Part shown: one piece after another, positions 45,592 through 55,610 of the stretch
Position numbering within the stretch: position 1 is the first letter of the stretch
Layout: every line of letters starts with the position of its first letter
Source of the DNA: an uncultured Candidatus Saccharibacteria bacterium
GTDB taxonomy: Bacteria; Patescibacteriota; Minisyncoccia; Phycocordibacterales; JACOZG01
Direction: 5' to 3'
Assembly: GCA_964360815.1 (NCBI GenBank)
Contig: CAYHYA010000002.1
Location: forward strand, 1,371-65,370
DNA: 64,000 bases
Made by a program: the position numbers and the translations under genes
Notes under the pieces: generated by a model
The model's database searches: none
What the model saw: the letters and a program-made list of their open reading frames with translations, nothing else
What the model was told of the DNA's origin: nothing

Positions 45592-46623
45592 TCAGGCGGC
45601 TAGATAGCGACCCTGTTTGTCTTGTCGAAAGTGCCGCGGATTTTTTAAATTGACCAAAATTGTGTTGGGTTTAACGTAACGCTCCTTAAGCACGCTTGAG
45701 AGAATGTCTTTTTCCGTCAACGGACCGTGCTCAAGCAAAATGTTTCGGATCACATCACGCACCACCCCCGGGCGATAGCCCCATTCGGTGAGAGCGTACA
45801 TCCCCCGACCAACCAAAACGAAACGACGATCTTTAATTAGTTCATTATGACAAGTTGCCGGATTAGCCGAACGGCTAAACAGATCAGTAATCGCCTTGGC
45901 GACTTCCATGAAATGCATCGGTGAGCCGTGCTTGCGCAAGACCAGGAAAGCGTAGTCGCGCACGCCACGAACCCGAACGTTTGACGAACGGGCCAGTCCC
46001 CACTCCCCAACCGGATTCAACCCGAGATGTTTGGAGATAAAAAGCCAACGGCGAGCTTGGTCTGGAGCAACCGCTCGCCGGACTTCAGCCCCGCTCGCGC
46101 CGAGCAACCGCTCAACCATCTCCGGTTCGGAAAGTAAATCATCTTCGCTTAAACTGGCGCAAACCTGGCGCAGTGATTCTTGAACTTGTTCCGCCTGTTT
46201 TTCGTCAATCGTCCAACGATGATGAAATTCGTCGTTCTCTTTTAGTTTAGTGAACTCGCTACCGAGAACCAGAAGAAAGTGGATGTTATTTTGATTGGTC
46301 CGATTGTCGTCGAGATGCTTCAAAAATTCTTGTTCGTGGGCCACCCCGCCATAGTTATACAGGGCTTCTCGCAATTCGGAGAAAGTGGTTTCGGCGGCAA
46401 CGAACTCGGCCGAACGACGAATCGCTCGAATCGAGAAATCCTCGATCTGGCGAACCCGTTCACGGGTAATGCCATACTTTTTACCAATGGCGTCGAGGGT
46501 TAAACGTTCTTCGGTTTCGAGGCCAAACCGTCGTTTTAAAATATCCTGGGCGCGTTCAGGTAGGGATGATAGCAGGGCCCTCGCCACGGCCTTGGGTTTG
46601 AATGAAATAGCATCTTTGATCAT
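45592..46623 (-). CDS. Sigma-70 region-4 (HTH) domain protein, probable transcription regulator
   Basis: LTLDAIGKKYGITRERVRQIEDFSIRAIRR is a textbook sigma70 region 4.2 HTH; rest of protein unrelated to sigma region 2. Confidence 0.55.
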   Translation of the reverse strand: MIKDAISFKPKAVARALLSSLPERAQDILKRRFGLETEERLTLDAIGKKYGITRERVRQIEDFSIRAIRRSAEFVAAETTFSELREALYNYGGVAHEQEFLKHLDDNRTNQNNIHFLLVLGSEFTKLKENDEFHHRWTIDEKQAEQVQESLRQVCASLSEDDLLSEPEMVERLLGASGAEVRRAVAPDQARRWLFISKHLGLNPVGEWGLARSSNVRVRGVRDYAFLVLRKHGSPMHFMEVAKAITDLFSRSANPATCHNELIKDRRFVLVGRGMYALTEWGYRPGVVRDVIRNILLEHGPLTEKDILSSVLKERYVKPNTILVNLKNPRHFRQDKQGRYLAA

Positions 46624-46675
46624 GTTTATTAAGTTATCTTATTTAGAGCACCTTGTCAAATGAACGTCAACTGTG

Positions 46676-46713
46676 GACAAAAAACAACCGCCCCGACAGT
46701 TGCCTGTCGAGGC
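46676..46713 (-). terminator. Rho-independent terminator (minus strand) downstream of leuS/small ORF
   Basis: cgcctcgacag-gcaa-ctgtcggggcg stem followed on the minus strand by gUUgUUUUUUg. Confidence 0.6.
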
Positions 46714-46736
46714 GATTTGTGAGCGTCTTGTTTTTC

Positions 46737-46901
46737 CTATGAGAGCTTTGTAACAACGTTGTTCTTGCTGTGTTCTTTTGCATCAAGGGCCAACTGAACC
46801 CGGGAAGAAGCCCTCTCGCTTTCTTTGTTGGGCCGGGACACTGTCCTCGCCCTGCGATACCGGAGACCACCAGGTTCGTTTTTGTGTTTGAACTTCGCCA
46901 T
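46737..46901 (-). CDS. Small highly basic protein (54 aa), function unknown
   Basis: MAKFKHKNEPGGLRYRRARTVSRPNKESERASSRVQLALDAKEHSKNNVVTKLS. Strong RBS GGAGG 7 nt upstream of ATG. Sits between leuS and the terminator. Confidence 0.4.
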   Translation of the reverse strand: MAKFKHKNEPGGLRYRRARTVSRPNKESERASSRVQLALDAKEHSKNNVVTKLS

Positions 46902-46990
46902 AATCCTTCCTCCAGAGAAAAGAAACAAAAAAACAGGGATCCAAACCAAAGCACATAATAGTCTGTTGATCTGAATTGGTCAACTAAAAA

Positions 46991-49159
46991 TTAGACCACG
47001 AGGTTGATAAGTCGGTTCGGCACAATCACCCACTTCTTGATTGTTTGGCTGGTGAGCCAAGTTTTAATTTTTTCACGAGCTAAAACCAGATTTTTTAATT
47101 CCTCTTCGCTCAAACCCGGTTCAATTTCTAGAATTTCTCGGGTCTTACCATTAACCTGAATCACGATTTTGGTTTTGGAATTTTTTATGGCGCCAGGCCG
47201 CGGCCAGGCCGCGGTATGGATTGAACCTCGTCCACCAAGCTGAACCCATAATTCTTCGGTCACATGCGGCGCAAACGGCGACAAGAGCTGGAGAAAAGTT
47301 TTGGCCGCGGCGGCTGGTATCGCCGGTATTGATTCAAACTGGTTCAACAAGATCATTAAAGACGAGATGGCCGTATTAAATTTAAGCGCTTCGATGTCGG
47401 AGCCGACTTTACTAATAGTGAGATTGAGACTATTTCCGACTTCGTCGGTAAGTTTTAGTTTCCCGGGTTTAACTTTGTCGCTAACTAATCGCCAAACTCG
47501 CTCAATGAATCGCCGCGCCCCGACCAAACCATCCTCGCTCCAACTAATCGCTTGATCAAACGGCCCCATGAACATTTCATAAACTCGCAAACTGTCGGCA
47601 CCAAAACGACGAACGATTTCGTCCGGACTAACCACGTTGCCCCGCGACTTAGACATTTTTTCGCCATTAGCGGCCAAAATTAAGCCGTGGGCCGTGCGTT
47701 TGGCGTATGGTTCCCGGCTCGAGACCAACCCCAAATCATACAAGGCCATTTGCCAAAAACGGGAATAAAGCAGGTGCAGAGTCACATGCTCCATGCCGCC
47801 GTTATACCAATTAACCGGTAACCAGGATTTTATTTTTTGGGGTGAGCAAAATTCTTTTTGGTTTTTAGGATCAAGATACCGGAGATAGTACCACGATGAA
47901 CCGGCCCAGTTTGGCATGGTGTCGGTTTCGCGTCGGGCTGGACCGCCACAAATTGGACAGACCGTTTGCACCCACGACCGAATCGCCGCGAGTGGCGAGT
48001 CGCCGGTTTCCGTCGGGCGGTAATTTTTAACCGGCGGTAACTTAACCGGCAAGTCCTTGTCTGGCACCGGCACCCAGCCATGCTCGTCACAAAAGATAAG
48101 TGGAATTGGTTCACCCCAATAACGTTGACGCGAAAAAATCCAGTCCCGAAGTTTGTAGGTGACGACTGGTCTAGCATTAATTTTTTTGAGCGTGTCCGGT
48201 TCGGCAAGAGGCGCATCTTTAATCGGTAAATTGTGTTTCTGGGCAAATTCTCGATCTCGTTCATCATGCGCCGGCACGCCCATAATTGCGCCGGTGCCAA
48301 CTTCTTTCATGACATATTCGGCTTCCCACACCGGCAGCTTTTCGCCGGTCGCCGGATTGGTGACCTCTTGACCGGTAAAGCGGTCGCCTTGACCCGCTAC
48401 GGCGATAAAGGTGGCGCCAAAAATTGTTTCCGGCCGTGTGGTAAAAATTTCAATCTCATCAAATTTGATCCGTGCGCCCGAGCGCCGACCGATCCAGTTT
48501 TCCTGTTGCGTTTTTATTTCTGGCAAGTAATCAACCTCCTTGAGTCCGGCCAGGAGCTTGTCGGCGTAGCTAGTAATTTTGAGTAACCATTGATCCTTTT
48601 CTTTCTGTTCAACCGCCCCGCCACAACGCTCACATTTCCCGTCAATCACCTCTTCGTTAGCCAAACCAATCTTATCCTGCGGGCACCAGTTGATTGCTAG
48701 CTTTTTTTTATAAGCCAATCCCGCTTTGAAAAATTGAAGAAACAGCCATTGGGTCCAACGATAATAATTTGGATCAGAAGTATTAATTTCCCGCGTCCAA
48801 TCGAACGAAAAACCGAGTGCCTGCAGTTGGCGGCGATAACGATCGGTGTTTCGTTTAGTGATTAAACTCGGAGCGAGGCCGGTCTTAAGCGCGTAATTTT
48901 CGGTCGGCAAACCAAAAGCATCCCAACCCATTGGATAAAGCACCGCAAAGCCCTCGGCGCGCCGCTTGCGCGCCAGCGCATCCATGGCGGTGTAGCTGCG
49001 AATGTGGCCAACGTGCAAACCCTCACCAGACGGGTATGGAAACTCCACCAACAAATAATATTTTTTTCGGCGCGAGCGATCGTTGGTTTGATAAAATTTT
49101 TTCTGCTTCCACCACTTTTGCCATTTTTTTTCGATCGCTTGATGATTATATTTTTTCAT
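46991..49159 (-). CDS. leuS: Leucyl-tRNA synthetase (compact, 722 aa)
   Basis: HVGHIRSYTAMDALARKRR (HIGH), KMSKSRGN, Zn-binding CPICGG; canonical LeuRS N- and C-terminal regions. Confidence 0.9.
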   Translation of the reverse strand: MKKYNHQAIEKKWQKWWKQKKFYQTNDRSRRKKYYLLVEFPYPSGEGLHVGHIRSYTAMDALARKRRAEGFAVLYPMGWDAFGLPTENYALKTGLAPSLITKRNTDRYRRQLQALGFSFDWTREINTSDPNYYRWTQWLFLQFFKAGLAYKKKLAINWCPQDKIGLANEEVIDGKCERCGGAVEQKEKDQWLLKITSYADKLLAGLKEVDYLPEIKTQQENWIGRRSGARIKFDEIEIFTTRPETIFGATFIAVAGQGDRFTGQEVTNPATGEKLPVWEAEYVMKEVGTGAIMGVPAHDERDREFAQKHNLPIKDAPLAEPDTLKKINARPVVTYKLRDWIFSRQRYWGEPIPLIFCDEHGWVPVPDKDLPVKLPPVKNYRPTETGDSPLAAIRSWVQTVCPICGGPARRETDTMPNWAGSSWYYLRYLDPKNQKEFCSPQKIKSWLPVNWYNGGMEHVTLHLLYSRFWQMALYDLGLVSSREPYAKRTAHGLILAANGEKMSKSRGNVVSPDEIVRRFGADSLRVYEMFMGPFDQAISWSEDGLVGARRFIERVWRLVSDKVKPGKLKLTDEVGNSLNLTISKVGSDIEALKFNTAISSLMILLNQFESIPAIPAAAAKTFLQLLSPFAPHVTEELWVQLGGRGSIHTAAWPRPGAIKNSKTKIVIQVNGKTREILEIEPGLSEEELKNLVLAREKIKTWLTSQTIKKWVIVPNRLINLVV

Positions 49160-50160
49160 CCTTTTCTTTTGACCACCCGCTTCACTGCTTCGATAATTCC
49201 TCCGATTCCTAGCCCATAATGCTCCACCAGTTCGGTTGGCGTGCCCGATTGGCCAAAACGATCATCCACGCCAATAAACTCGATTGGCGCAGGCAGTTGG
49301 GCGGCCAAGAGTTCGGCCACCGCGCCGCCGAGGCCGCCAGCGCGTTGATGTTCTTCCACGGTTACCACCGCGCCGGCCCGTTTAACCATTTTTAAAATTG
49401 TTTCCGCGTCAAGCGGTTTGATCGTGTGGCTATTGATTACCGCCACCTCGATCTTTTCGTTCAACAGTTTTTTGGCGGCAATCAGGGCATTGTAAACTAG
49501 CGGGCCACAAGCGATGATCACGGCGACTGGCACGATTGGGTCAATCAGAACATTGGCTTGACCGATTACCAACGGCGACTCGTCAGTGGTGATGACCGGC
49601 GTTTTCTCACGCGTTAGTCGCAAGTAGGCCGGGCCGTTCAGATTGGCCAAGGCCAGAGTTGCCTTCTTCGCCTCGATCGTGTCGGCTGGCACCACCACCG
49701 TCATCCGAGGAATTACTCGCATGATGGCAATGTCTTCAACGGCTTGGTGGGTGCCGCCGTCTGGACCGACCGAGACGCCAGCGTGCGAACCGACAATCTT
49801 CACCGGCCGATCATTGTAACAAATCGTGGTGCGGATTTGCTCCCAATTTCGCCCCGGACTAAACATGGCGTAAGAAGTCAGAAACGGGATTTTCCCCATC
49901 GCGGCTAGACCAGAAGCCACGGTTGCTAGATTCTGTTCGGCCACGCCGATTTGCACGTAGCGATTCGGGAACTTATTCTTGAACAAATGCATTTGCGTGG
50001 ACTCGGTTAGGTCGGCACACAAACCAACAATTCGTTCGTCTTTTTCCGCCGCCTCAAGCAGGCCTTCGCCAAAACCCTTCCGCACCGGCACCTGCTCGAT
50101 GTTCAGATCGTAAAGTTTCGGATTAAGTTTTTGGGTGGAGTTAAGCACAGTGGATACCAT
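49156..50160 (-). CDS. Transketolase C-terminal subunit (pyrimidine-binding plus C-terminal domains of a split transketolase)
   Basis: GVAEQNLATVASGLAAMGKIPFLTSYAMF...GPDGGTHQAVEDIAIMRVIP matches the transketolase Pyr domain; 334 aa is split-Tkt subunit B size. Confidence 0.8.
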   Translation of the reverse strand: MVSTVLNSTQKLNPKLYDLNIEQVPVRKGFGEGLLEAAEKDERIVGLCADLTESTQMHLFKNKFPNRYVQIGVAEQNLATVASGLAAMGKIPFLTSYAMFSPGRNWEQIRTTICYNDRPVKIVGSHAGVSVGPDGGTHQAVEDIAIMRVIPRMTVVVPADTIEAKKATLALANLNGPAYLRLTREKTPVITTDESPLVIGQANVLIDPIVPVAVIIACGPLVYNALIAAKKLLNEKIEVAVINSHTIKPLDAETILKMVKRAGAVVTVEEHQRAGGLGGAVAELLAAQLPAPIEFIGVDDRFGQSGTPTELVEHYGLGIGGIIEAVKRVVKRKG

Positions 50161-50182
50161 TATTTTAGCACAAATCGTTCAC

Positions 50183-52116
50183 TCACCTTAATTTGGTGTA
50201 CACATTTACATTTGTCAGATTGGTGTCGGCGGTGGTGTATTTGGTTAGATAACTTTCATAACGTGGATCGGCGAGACGAGCGTAGCCCGTGCCCCACGGC
50301 ACCTGATTTTGGAGGAAATCGCCGTTTTCATTAGTTTGCGATGCGGTGGCGGGATTAACTCCGACTACCGTCACGTCGGCGAGAATACTCCCGTCAACAG
50401 ATTTTACTTTACCGGCGACCGATCCATTGGTATAAACACTAGCAACGTCACTCACCTTAACCCTGGAGATGCCCCCGCCGCTGAAAAAATAAGTGTTGCC
50501 AGACTGATCAGAGGTGCCGAGCGTGGCTTCGTAAACAACGTTGTTCACAAGACCCCCGACCGTGGCGCTTGAGGTTGTGGTTGTGGCACTCACATTTGCC
50601 CCCGACCAACTACTACTACCTTCAAGCCGCCACATGAGCACAATTTTATTAAGATTGGGGTCAAACTTAATTGGCCAGCGCCAGGTAATCGCTGGGGCAC
50701 CGGCACTGGAGACATTCTTGTAACCGACATAATAAAGCGGCAAGCCGGGATGATGGCTTGGATCAGCCAGGTAAATAAATGCTTCTTCGTAATTTGAGTT
50801 AGCATAAATTACGCCATTTTCTCCCTCAATAAACACTTTGAGGGCGACATCGCCTTGGAAATTTCTCGTGTTACTTATCCCTAACGCCAGATCAACGGTC
50901 GAACCGGCATTAACGACGATTTGATTCTGTTCAAAATCAAACGAGGCCAGATGATAATCATCAATAATGAGATGTAGGGCCCCGCGATCAATGGCCACCG
51001 TTCCCGGATTGACCAGGCGGACATTAAAAGTGCTGACCGCTCCCGTTTGCAAACTAGAAGTTGGGGTAATGTCGGTGATAAGCAACTCGTTTGCGCCAAG
51101 ACCAACCGAGAGCGCGGTGACAACTTTGGCCGTAAGATAAACGTTATCATCAAAGCTTCCATTCTTTTTTTGTTTGTCCTCGAAGTAGGTGATGGTTTCC
51201 GCTGGATAAATCGGATTCGCCGTGGCGGCTTTGATCGCGTGGTGGGCCAGCACGGTGTCTAAAAGATTGTTACCCCAAGTGCCGTTTGGTTTCTGGGTGT
51301 TGATTAAAGAAGTCACGGCTGGATCAAGCGTGTCGTCCACGGCAATTTTACCGAGCAGGCGATGCTTCCACGGAAGCAGGGCCTCGATAACCTCACTGGT
51401 TACCGGCAACATGCTCGCGCCGTCTGCCAACACACTCCAGCCGTGGCCGGGTCGTTCCATATTGATGAGATAATGCAAACCGAGCGAAGCGGTGACATTT
51501 GGTTCCTCGCCTCGTCTCGATAATTGGCGGCGTGAAGGGCCTGGAGTGCCTTGGCTGTGGTTAATGGGTCGGATTCATAATCACGATTGAAGCTGAAGCC
51601 GCCCGTCGCCTCGTCGAGACCGCGAGCTAAATCTTCGGCGGTTGAAGTACTAACACCGGCTCGCGCCCACACTGCCAACTGCTCGGCCAAATAATCATTA
51701 TTTTCAGGAATATAATATTCCAACCAGTCGAGACCGCGATCGAGAACCGCGGCGGTGACGCCGCGCGCTTGCAAGGCCTCGAGCGCGGCGACGGTGGTAA
51801 TAAACTTAGTGGGCACATTACTCCCCCATGAGCCATCTTTGTTTTGTTCACCAACAAGATATTCAACCGCCCGATCGATAATCACCGAAACCGCCGGAAC
51901 GCCCCGCGCCCGACTAGACGGCTTGATCTCTATCACCTTAAGACCCAAGATTTTGGCCACCGGCTCGGCCGGTGTTAGTTTGGCTGGATTTAATACCTGG
52001 GCAGTGTTGGCATTTATCACGACCGGTTCAACCATCGCGCTCTCGGCAATGGCGAGTGGCAAATAAAAAAACCAAGCGGCAACTCCCACCACCCAAAACC
52101 CAGTGAGTATCTTCAT
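50183..52116 (-). pseudogene. Secreted QW-repeat (prenyltransferase/terpene-cyclase-like alpha-toroid) protein with C-terminal beta domain, interrupted by a frameshift near 51470-51490
   Basis: Two ORFs (51400..52116 with signal peptide and EQNKDGSWGSN repeat; 50183..51478 with QKPNGTWGNN and KQKKNGSFDDN repeats) overlap by 79 nt in different frames. The downstream frame stays open upstream of its TTG. Same repeat family on both sides implies one gene. Confidence 0.55.
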
Positions 52117-52184
52117 AAAAATTATTCTACAATCTTAAAACCATTTTAACGAAAAAGCAAACCGCCTGACGAGTAATTTTTGAA

Positions 52185-52224
52185 TAAGAAAAAAGCGGCC
52201 GGGGTTTGTAAACCCAAGCCGCCC
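52185..52224 (-). terminator. Rho-independent terminator (minus strand)
   Basis: gcggc-ttgggtttacaaacccc-gccgc stem followed by UUUUUUcUU on the minus strand. Confidence 0.6.
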
Positions 52225-52242
52225 CAAAGTCGATTTTTCTGC

Positions 52243-52605
52243 CTACGTCATCGCATAGAAAATACGAGAACGGTCTTTTTTCCATGCGTCAATTTCTCCC
52301 TTGACGAGATTCGGGACCCGGCAGAAAGACGGCTCACCGAAACGATCGAGCATCTCATCTTTAGTGAGTCCTCGCACGCCAACACGACTCATGGCTTCGA
52401 CAACGACACGCAACGTGCAGGGTTTGGCAAGAGCGATAACATCACCACCATTCACGTGCTTTTCCGCAACCCGTAATGCGCGCCGGGGGTTACACTCGGT
52501 TGCACTGATAGCTGCTGGACGGCGGCCACGAACACGACGGTACTGGGCGTGGAGAACGATGTACATCGGGCTTCCCTGTGGAAAGTAATTAAAGAGCTTC
52601 TTCAT
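52243..52605 (-). CDS. Hypothetical protein (120 aa), GC-rich relative to the adjacent island
   Basis: ORF with its own terminator; no motif recognized. Confidence 0.4.
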   Translation of the reverse strand: MKKLFNYFPQGSPMYIVLHAQYRRVRGRRPAAISATECNPRRALRVAEKHVNGGDVIALAKPCTLRVVVEAMSRVGVRGLTKDEMLDRFGEPSFCRVPNLVKGEIDAWKKDRSRIFYAMT

Positions 52606-52726
52606 TGGTATTTCTCCAGAAAAGGTTGGTTTTTCGGTATTAGCCAGACTATCTAGCTTCTATTTTGATTGTACACCCAACGCCACACACTTGTCAAGCG
52701 GTCAAGACGAGTTGAAAAATATGGCT

Positions 52727-54421
52727 TTAATTTGGGGTATTTGGGAGTATTTCTATAGAATTAATAACCTTGTCGGTATCCTGCCATCTCTCCAAAGTAT
52801 TTTGATAAAGCAATCCTTTTATTTCTGCTTTCTTTTCGTCGGGCATAGAGATTAGGAAATAATTAGAATCGTCAAAAAGTTTTTCTATTTTCAGGGTTTT
52901 TGAATTATTGATCGGGATAAAAACGGTTTCTTGGCCACAACCCTCGACTCCAGAGTAAAAAGTGACGCCAGCTTGAGATTTAAATTTTTCTTCATCAATT
53001 AGTGCGTCCTTTTCCATGGTCTTAATCGCTTCTCTTAAACCGGTGTCGAGATACTCTATGGAGAGATAGAAATCCGTTAATTCACCTAGTGGGATAACGG
53101 GTCCGGGGCCCTCCCCACAATATCTAGGGACAATGAGAGAAATAGAATGTTTTAGTTCTATTAATTTATCCGATTCTGTAATTGAAATTGCCGTAGATGG
53201 ATATGAAAATTTAATTCCAAGATTTTTGCTTTCATATGTTGGCCATGCCTGGGAATATATTAGTTCTCCTCCTTCATAATTTCCGTCACACTCCCATTTG
53301 GCAGTATACTTCTGCAATATTAATTGACGATCTATGAGTTTGTATACTCCAGTTGTCCAGCAATCTCCCAACCCCCGACCCTTCGTTGCAGACACAAAAA
53401 CATCTTTTACGGAATCATAAAACATTTCAACAACTCTATAGTTAAAAATTGACTCACCTTCTCTGTTTATTTCTTCGACGAGAAGAGGGGTATAAGTTTT
53501 TCCGTCATCTAATACGACCATGTAAGAGTATTGATAGGCGTGGGCCATACAGAACAAGATCAACACCTTGGTGCCATCGGGCATGATTTTCTCTGGTTTA
53601 ATCGCCTGAACAAATGATCGAAACGGTAATTCGTCAGGAATCCCCGTCATTTCATATGGATAACACTCTTCTTTGTACTGAGCCGCTAACGGTGCCCACC
53701 TCGGATCAGAAGCGGCCAAACTTAAATCTTCTTTAAAATTTTTTTCCTTTTCTTGTTGTTCCAATTGGTTTTCAGAAATTAAAGTATCGTCTATGAGTAT
53801 ATAATTGTGGTTAGATAGGTAATCTTTTTCTTTACGAGACATGGTGATAATTCCTTCTTTATATTCCACAAAATCAATGTCTGACCAGTTATCTTCATTG
53901 TTAATAAATTTAATTGGCACCAGTAACCCCCCTACTTCACGTAGAATTTGATAGGAACTAAAACCTTTTTCATTCTTCGTTCGAATTAACGCTTCGCTGA
54001 CCCCATCTCCGCTTATATCTTTTTGAAAAATATTTGTTTCAAAAGCTTCGGTACTGTTTTGAACCTTCTGTGCCGACTTGATCACAATGACAGGTTCGGG
54101 ATGTAAGCCAATCGAAAAAAATTGATAGATACTTCTTTCTTTTGGTTTGTTTTCAACGACTAGAAAGAATGGGGTATTGCCGATCTTTATTTCTTTCGCA
54201 TAGAAGTCGTACTCGAACGATTCATGATTTCCGAAACTATAATGATAATTACCAGGGAGGGTTTTTATTCTAAAATAAGGATAGATGGCTCTCAGGATTG
54301 GTGGGGCAGAATATTTTAATATCGCTTCCCTGTAACCAATGACCACAACGACCACAACCAAAACCGTCCCTAAAATTATAATTAAACGCTTCTTGTATTT
54401 TGAATTCTGACTTCTCAACAT
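52727..54421 (-). CDS. Membrane-anchored FG-GAP-like repeat protein, paralog 1 (long form)
   Basis: N-terminal TM (LIIILGTVLVVVVVVIGY) and DISGDGVSEALI Ca-binding-type DxxxDGxxE repeat. Shares family with four downstream paralogs. Start set at internal ATG after the upstream gene stop. Confidence 0.55.
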   Translation of the reverse strand: MLRSQNSKYKKRLIIILGTVLVVVVVVIGYREAILKYSAPPILRAIYPYFRIKTLPGNYHYSFGNHESFEYDFYAKEIKIGNTPFFLVVENKPKERSIYQFFSIGLHPEPVIVIKSAQKVQNSTEAFETNIFQKDISGDGVSEALIRTKNEKGFSSYQILREVGGLLVPIKFINNEDNWSDIDFVEYKEGIITMSRKEKDYLSNHNYILIDDTLISENQLEQQEKEKNFKEDLSLAASDPRWAPLAAQYKEECYPYEMTGIPDELPFRSFVQAIKPEKIMPDGTKVLILFCMAHAYQYSYMVVLDDGKTYTPLLVEEINREGESIFNYRVVEMFYDSVKDVFVSATKGRGLGDCWTTGVYKLIDRQLILQKYTAKWECDGNYEGGELIYSQAWPTYESKNLGIKFSYPSTAISITESDKLIELKHSISLIVPRYCGEGPGPVIPLGELTDFYLSIEYLDTGLREAIKTMEKDALIDEEKFKSQAGVTFYSGVEGCGQETVFIPINNSKTLKIEKLFDDSNYFLISMPDEKKAEIKGLLYQNTLERWQDTDKVINSIEILPNTPN

Positions 54422-54431
54422 CTTCTTATTT

Positions 54432-55316
54432 TTATTTGAACAACTCCTTAAATTCTGGTGATGTTTCTGCCACCTCTTTCCAGAGGTAGTATTCGACACC
54501 GCTCCATTTATAGATTTGAGTGTATCGCCCCTTACCCACCATGTCTGGAGAGGTTGGAATAAGACCGAGGTTTTCTAAAGCGGGATCAATGATTATGACT
54601 TCCAAGATTCCATCACCATCTTTATCTTGAAACAAATCAGGAAATTTATCATAGCGTTTCATTAAAAAATAAAATCTATTCCATGAAGTTACATCTGAAT
54701 CTGTGTGCTCAAAATTAAAATCTCTGGTTGAATCTTTTTTCTTACCGACAATCGGATTTAGCACTTTGTATGTTTTGATTTTTGGATCAAGAGATATTAT
54801 CCAAAACTCTTTATCGTTGTATTCTTCCTCTATGTTTCTATACAGAGCACCTCCCTCCGAATATATGACCAACTCTTTTAGTCCATCGTTGTTTATATCC
54901 CTGACCTCTTTTATAAGTTGTTCCGGCTTCCATAAAAAAGGAGAGTTTATTTCCCAATAGATATAGTACTGGTTATTGGTTAGGTGTTTTAACATAATAA
55001 TTCCGCCTTTTTCTCCATAATCATCGGCCTTATAAACTCCAATGGTTACTCTTGTAGGTGGATTATTGTCGTCCAAAAGATATGTTTGGTTCTTTTCATA
55101 AAAATCACGTTTGGTTTCGGTCATACTTTTTAAGAGACGGTATCTATTACTACGTTTCTCTGGTGGTATATTTGAAAGATCAACAATTCTATTAGTAAAA
55201 GTATTAACTTCGACCGGTGTCAGTGTCTTGTTGTTTATTTGGTATATAAATATCCCGACTATTATAATCAAAACTGTCGCTTGGGCTATTTCGTATATTA
55301 ATTTTTTATTTTTCAT
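54432..55316 (-). CDS. Membrane-anchored FG-GAP-like repeat protein, paralog 2 (carries conserved YYLWKEVAETSPEFKELFK tail)
   Basis: N-terminal TM. RDINNDGLKELVIY and DKDGDGILEVII repeats. 3'-terminal 57 nt near-identical to paralogs 4 and 5. Confidence 0.6.
   Translation of the reverse strand: MKNKKLIYEIAQATVLIIIVGIFIYQINNKTLTPVEVNTFTNRIVDLSNIPPEKRSNRYRLLKSMTETKRDFYEKNQTYLLDDNNPPTRVTIGVYKADDYGEKGGIIMLKHLTNNQYYIYWEINSPFLWKPEQLIKEVRDINNDGLKELVIYSEGGALYRNIEEEYNDKEFWIISLDPKIKTYKVLNPIVGKKKDSTRDFNFEHTDSDVTSWNRFYFLMKRYDKFPDLFQDKDGDGILEVIIIDPALENLGLIPTSPDMVGKGRYTQIYKWSGVEYYLWKEVAETSPEFKELFK
54439..54495. repeat. 57-nt conserved segment (3' end of FG-GAP paralog 2), copy 1 of 3
   Basis: aacaactccttaaattctggtgatgtttctgccacctctttccagaggtagtattcg; 3 variable positions among copies at 54439, 56418 and 59741. 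Confidence 0.8.
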
Positions 55317-55324
55317 TTTCGGTA

Positions 55325-55595
55325 TCACTGGTCCTGTTCATGATATGTCCCGCATACATTATTTGCATACTGAATCGTTGATGGAGCTCTGCCATTATAA
55401 TAACGAACAGCCCACCACAAACGATCTTTATCATTATCTAATAATTGAGTTACCCCTTGCCACAACAAAGTATTGTTATTATAGTCCTGTTTTAAAGCTT
55501 CGACCCAATTACTGCCGTAGGTGCTGATAAAATATTGGTTATTGTACGGTTCAACCTTAATAAAATTCCGATGAACGCATAGATTTTCTTGCTGT
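55325..55595 (-). pseudogene. Start-less remnant of a lysozyme-like (SLT/GH23-like) C-terminal cassette
   Basis: Open frame beginning immediately after the stop of paralog 3, with no start codon. Translation ...QYFISTYGSNW...RYYNGRAPSTIQYANNVCGTYH aligns with the ...SSYGLMQ...LLQYNRDPQYAIDVYKIY end of the orphan cassette at 57195..58166. Confidence 0.4.
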
Positions 55596-55610
55596 GTGAG
55601 CTATGCATGG

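Noticed and set aside
46667-46954. 95-aa ORF (MLWFGSLFFCFFSL...) in the leuS downstream spacer
   Set aside because: Alternative frame of the better-supported 54-aa basic ORF; lacks an RBS and runs through the terminator stem.
47830-48586. ORFs of 156, 117 and 70 aa inside or antisense to leuS
   Set aside because: Embedded in a canonical LeuRS coding region; Arg/Cys-rich junk translations typical of GC-skewed antisense frames.
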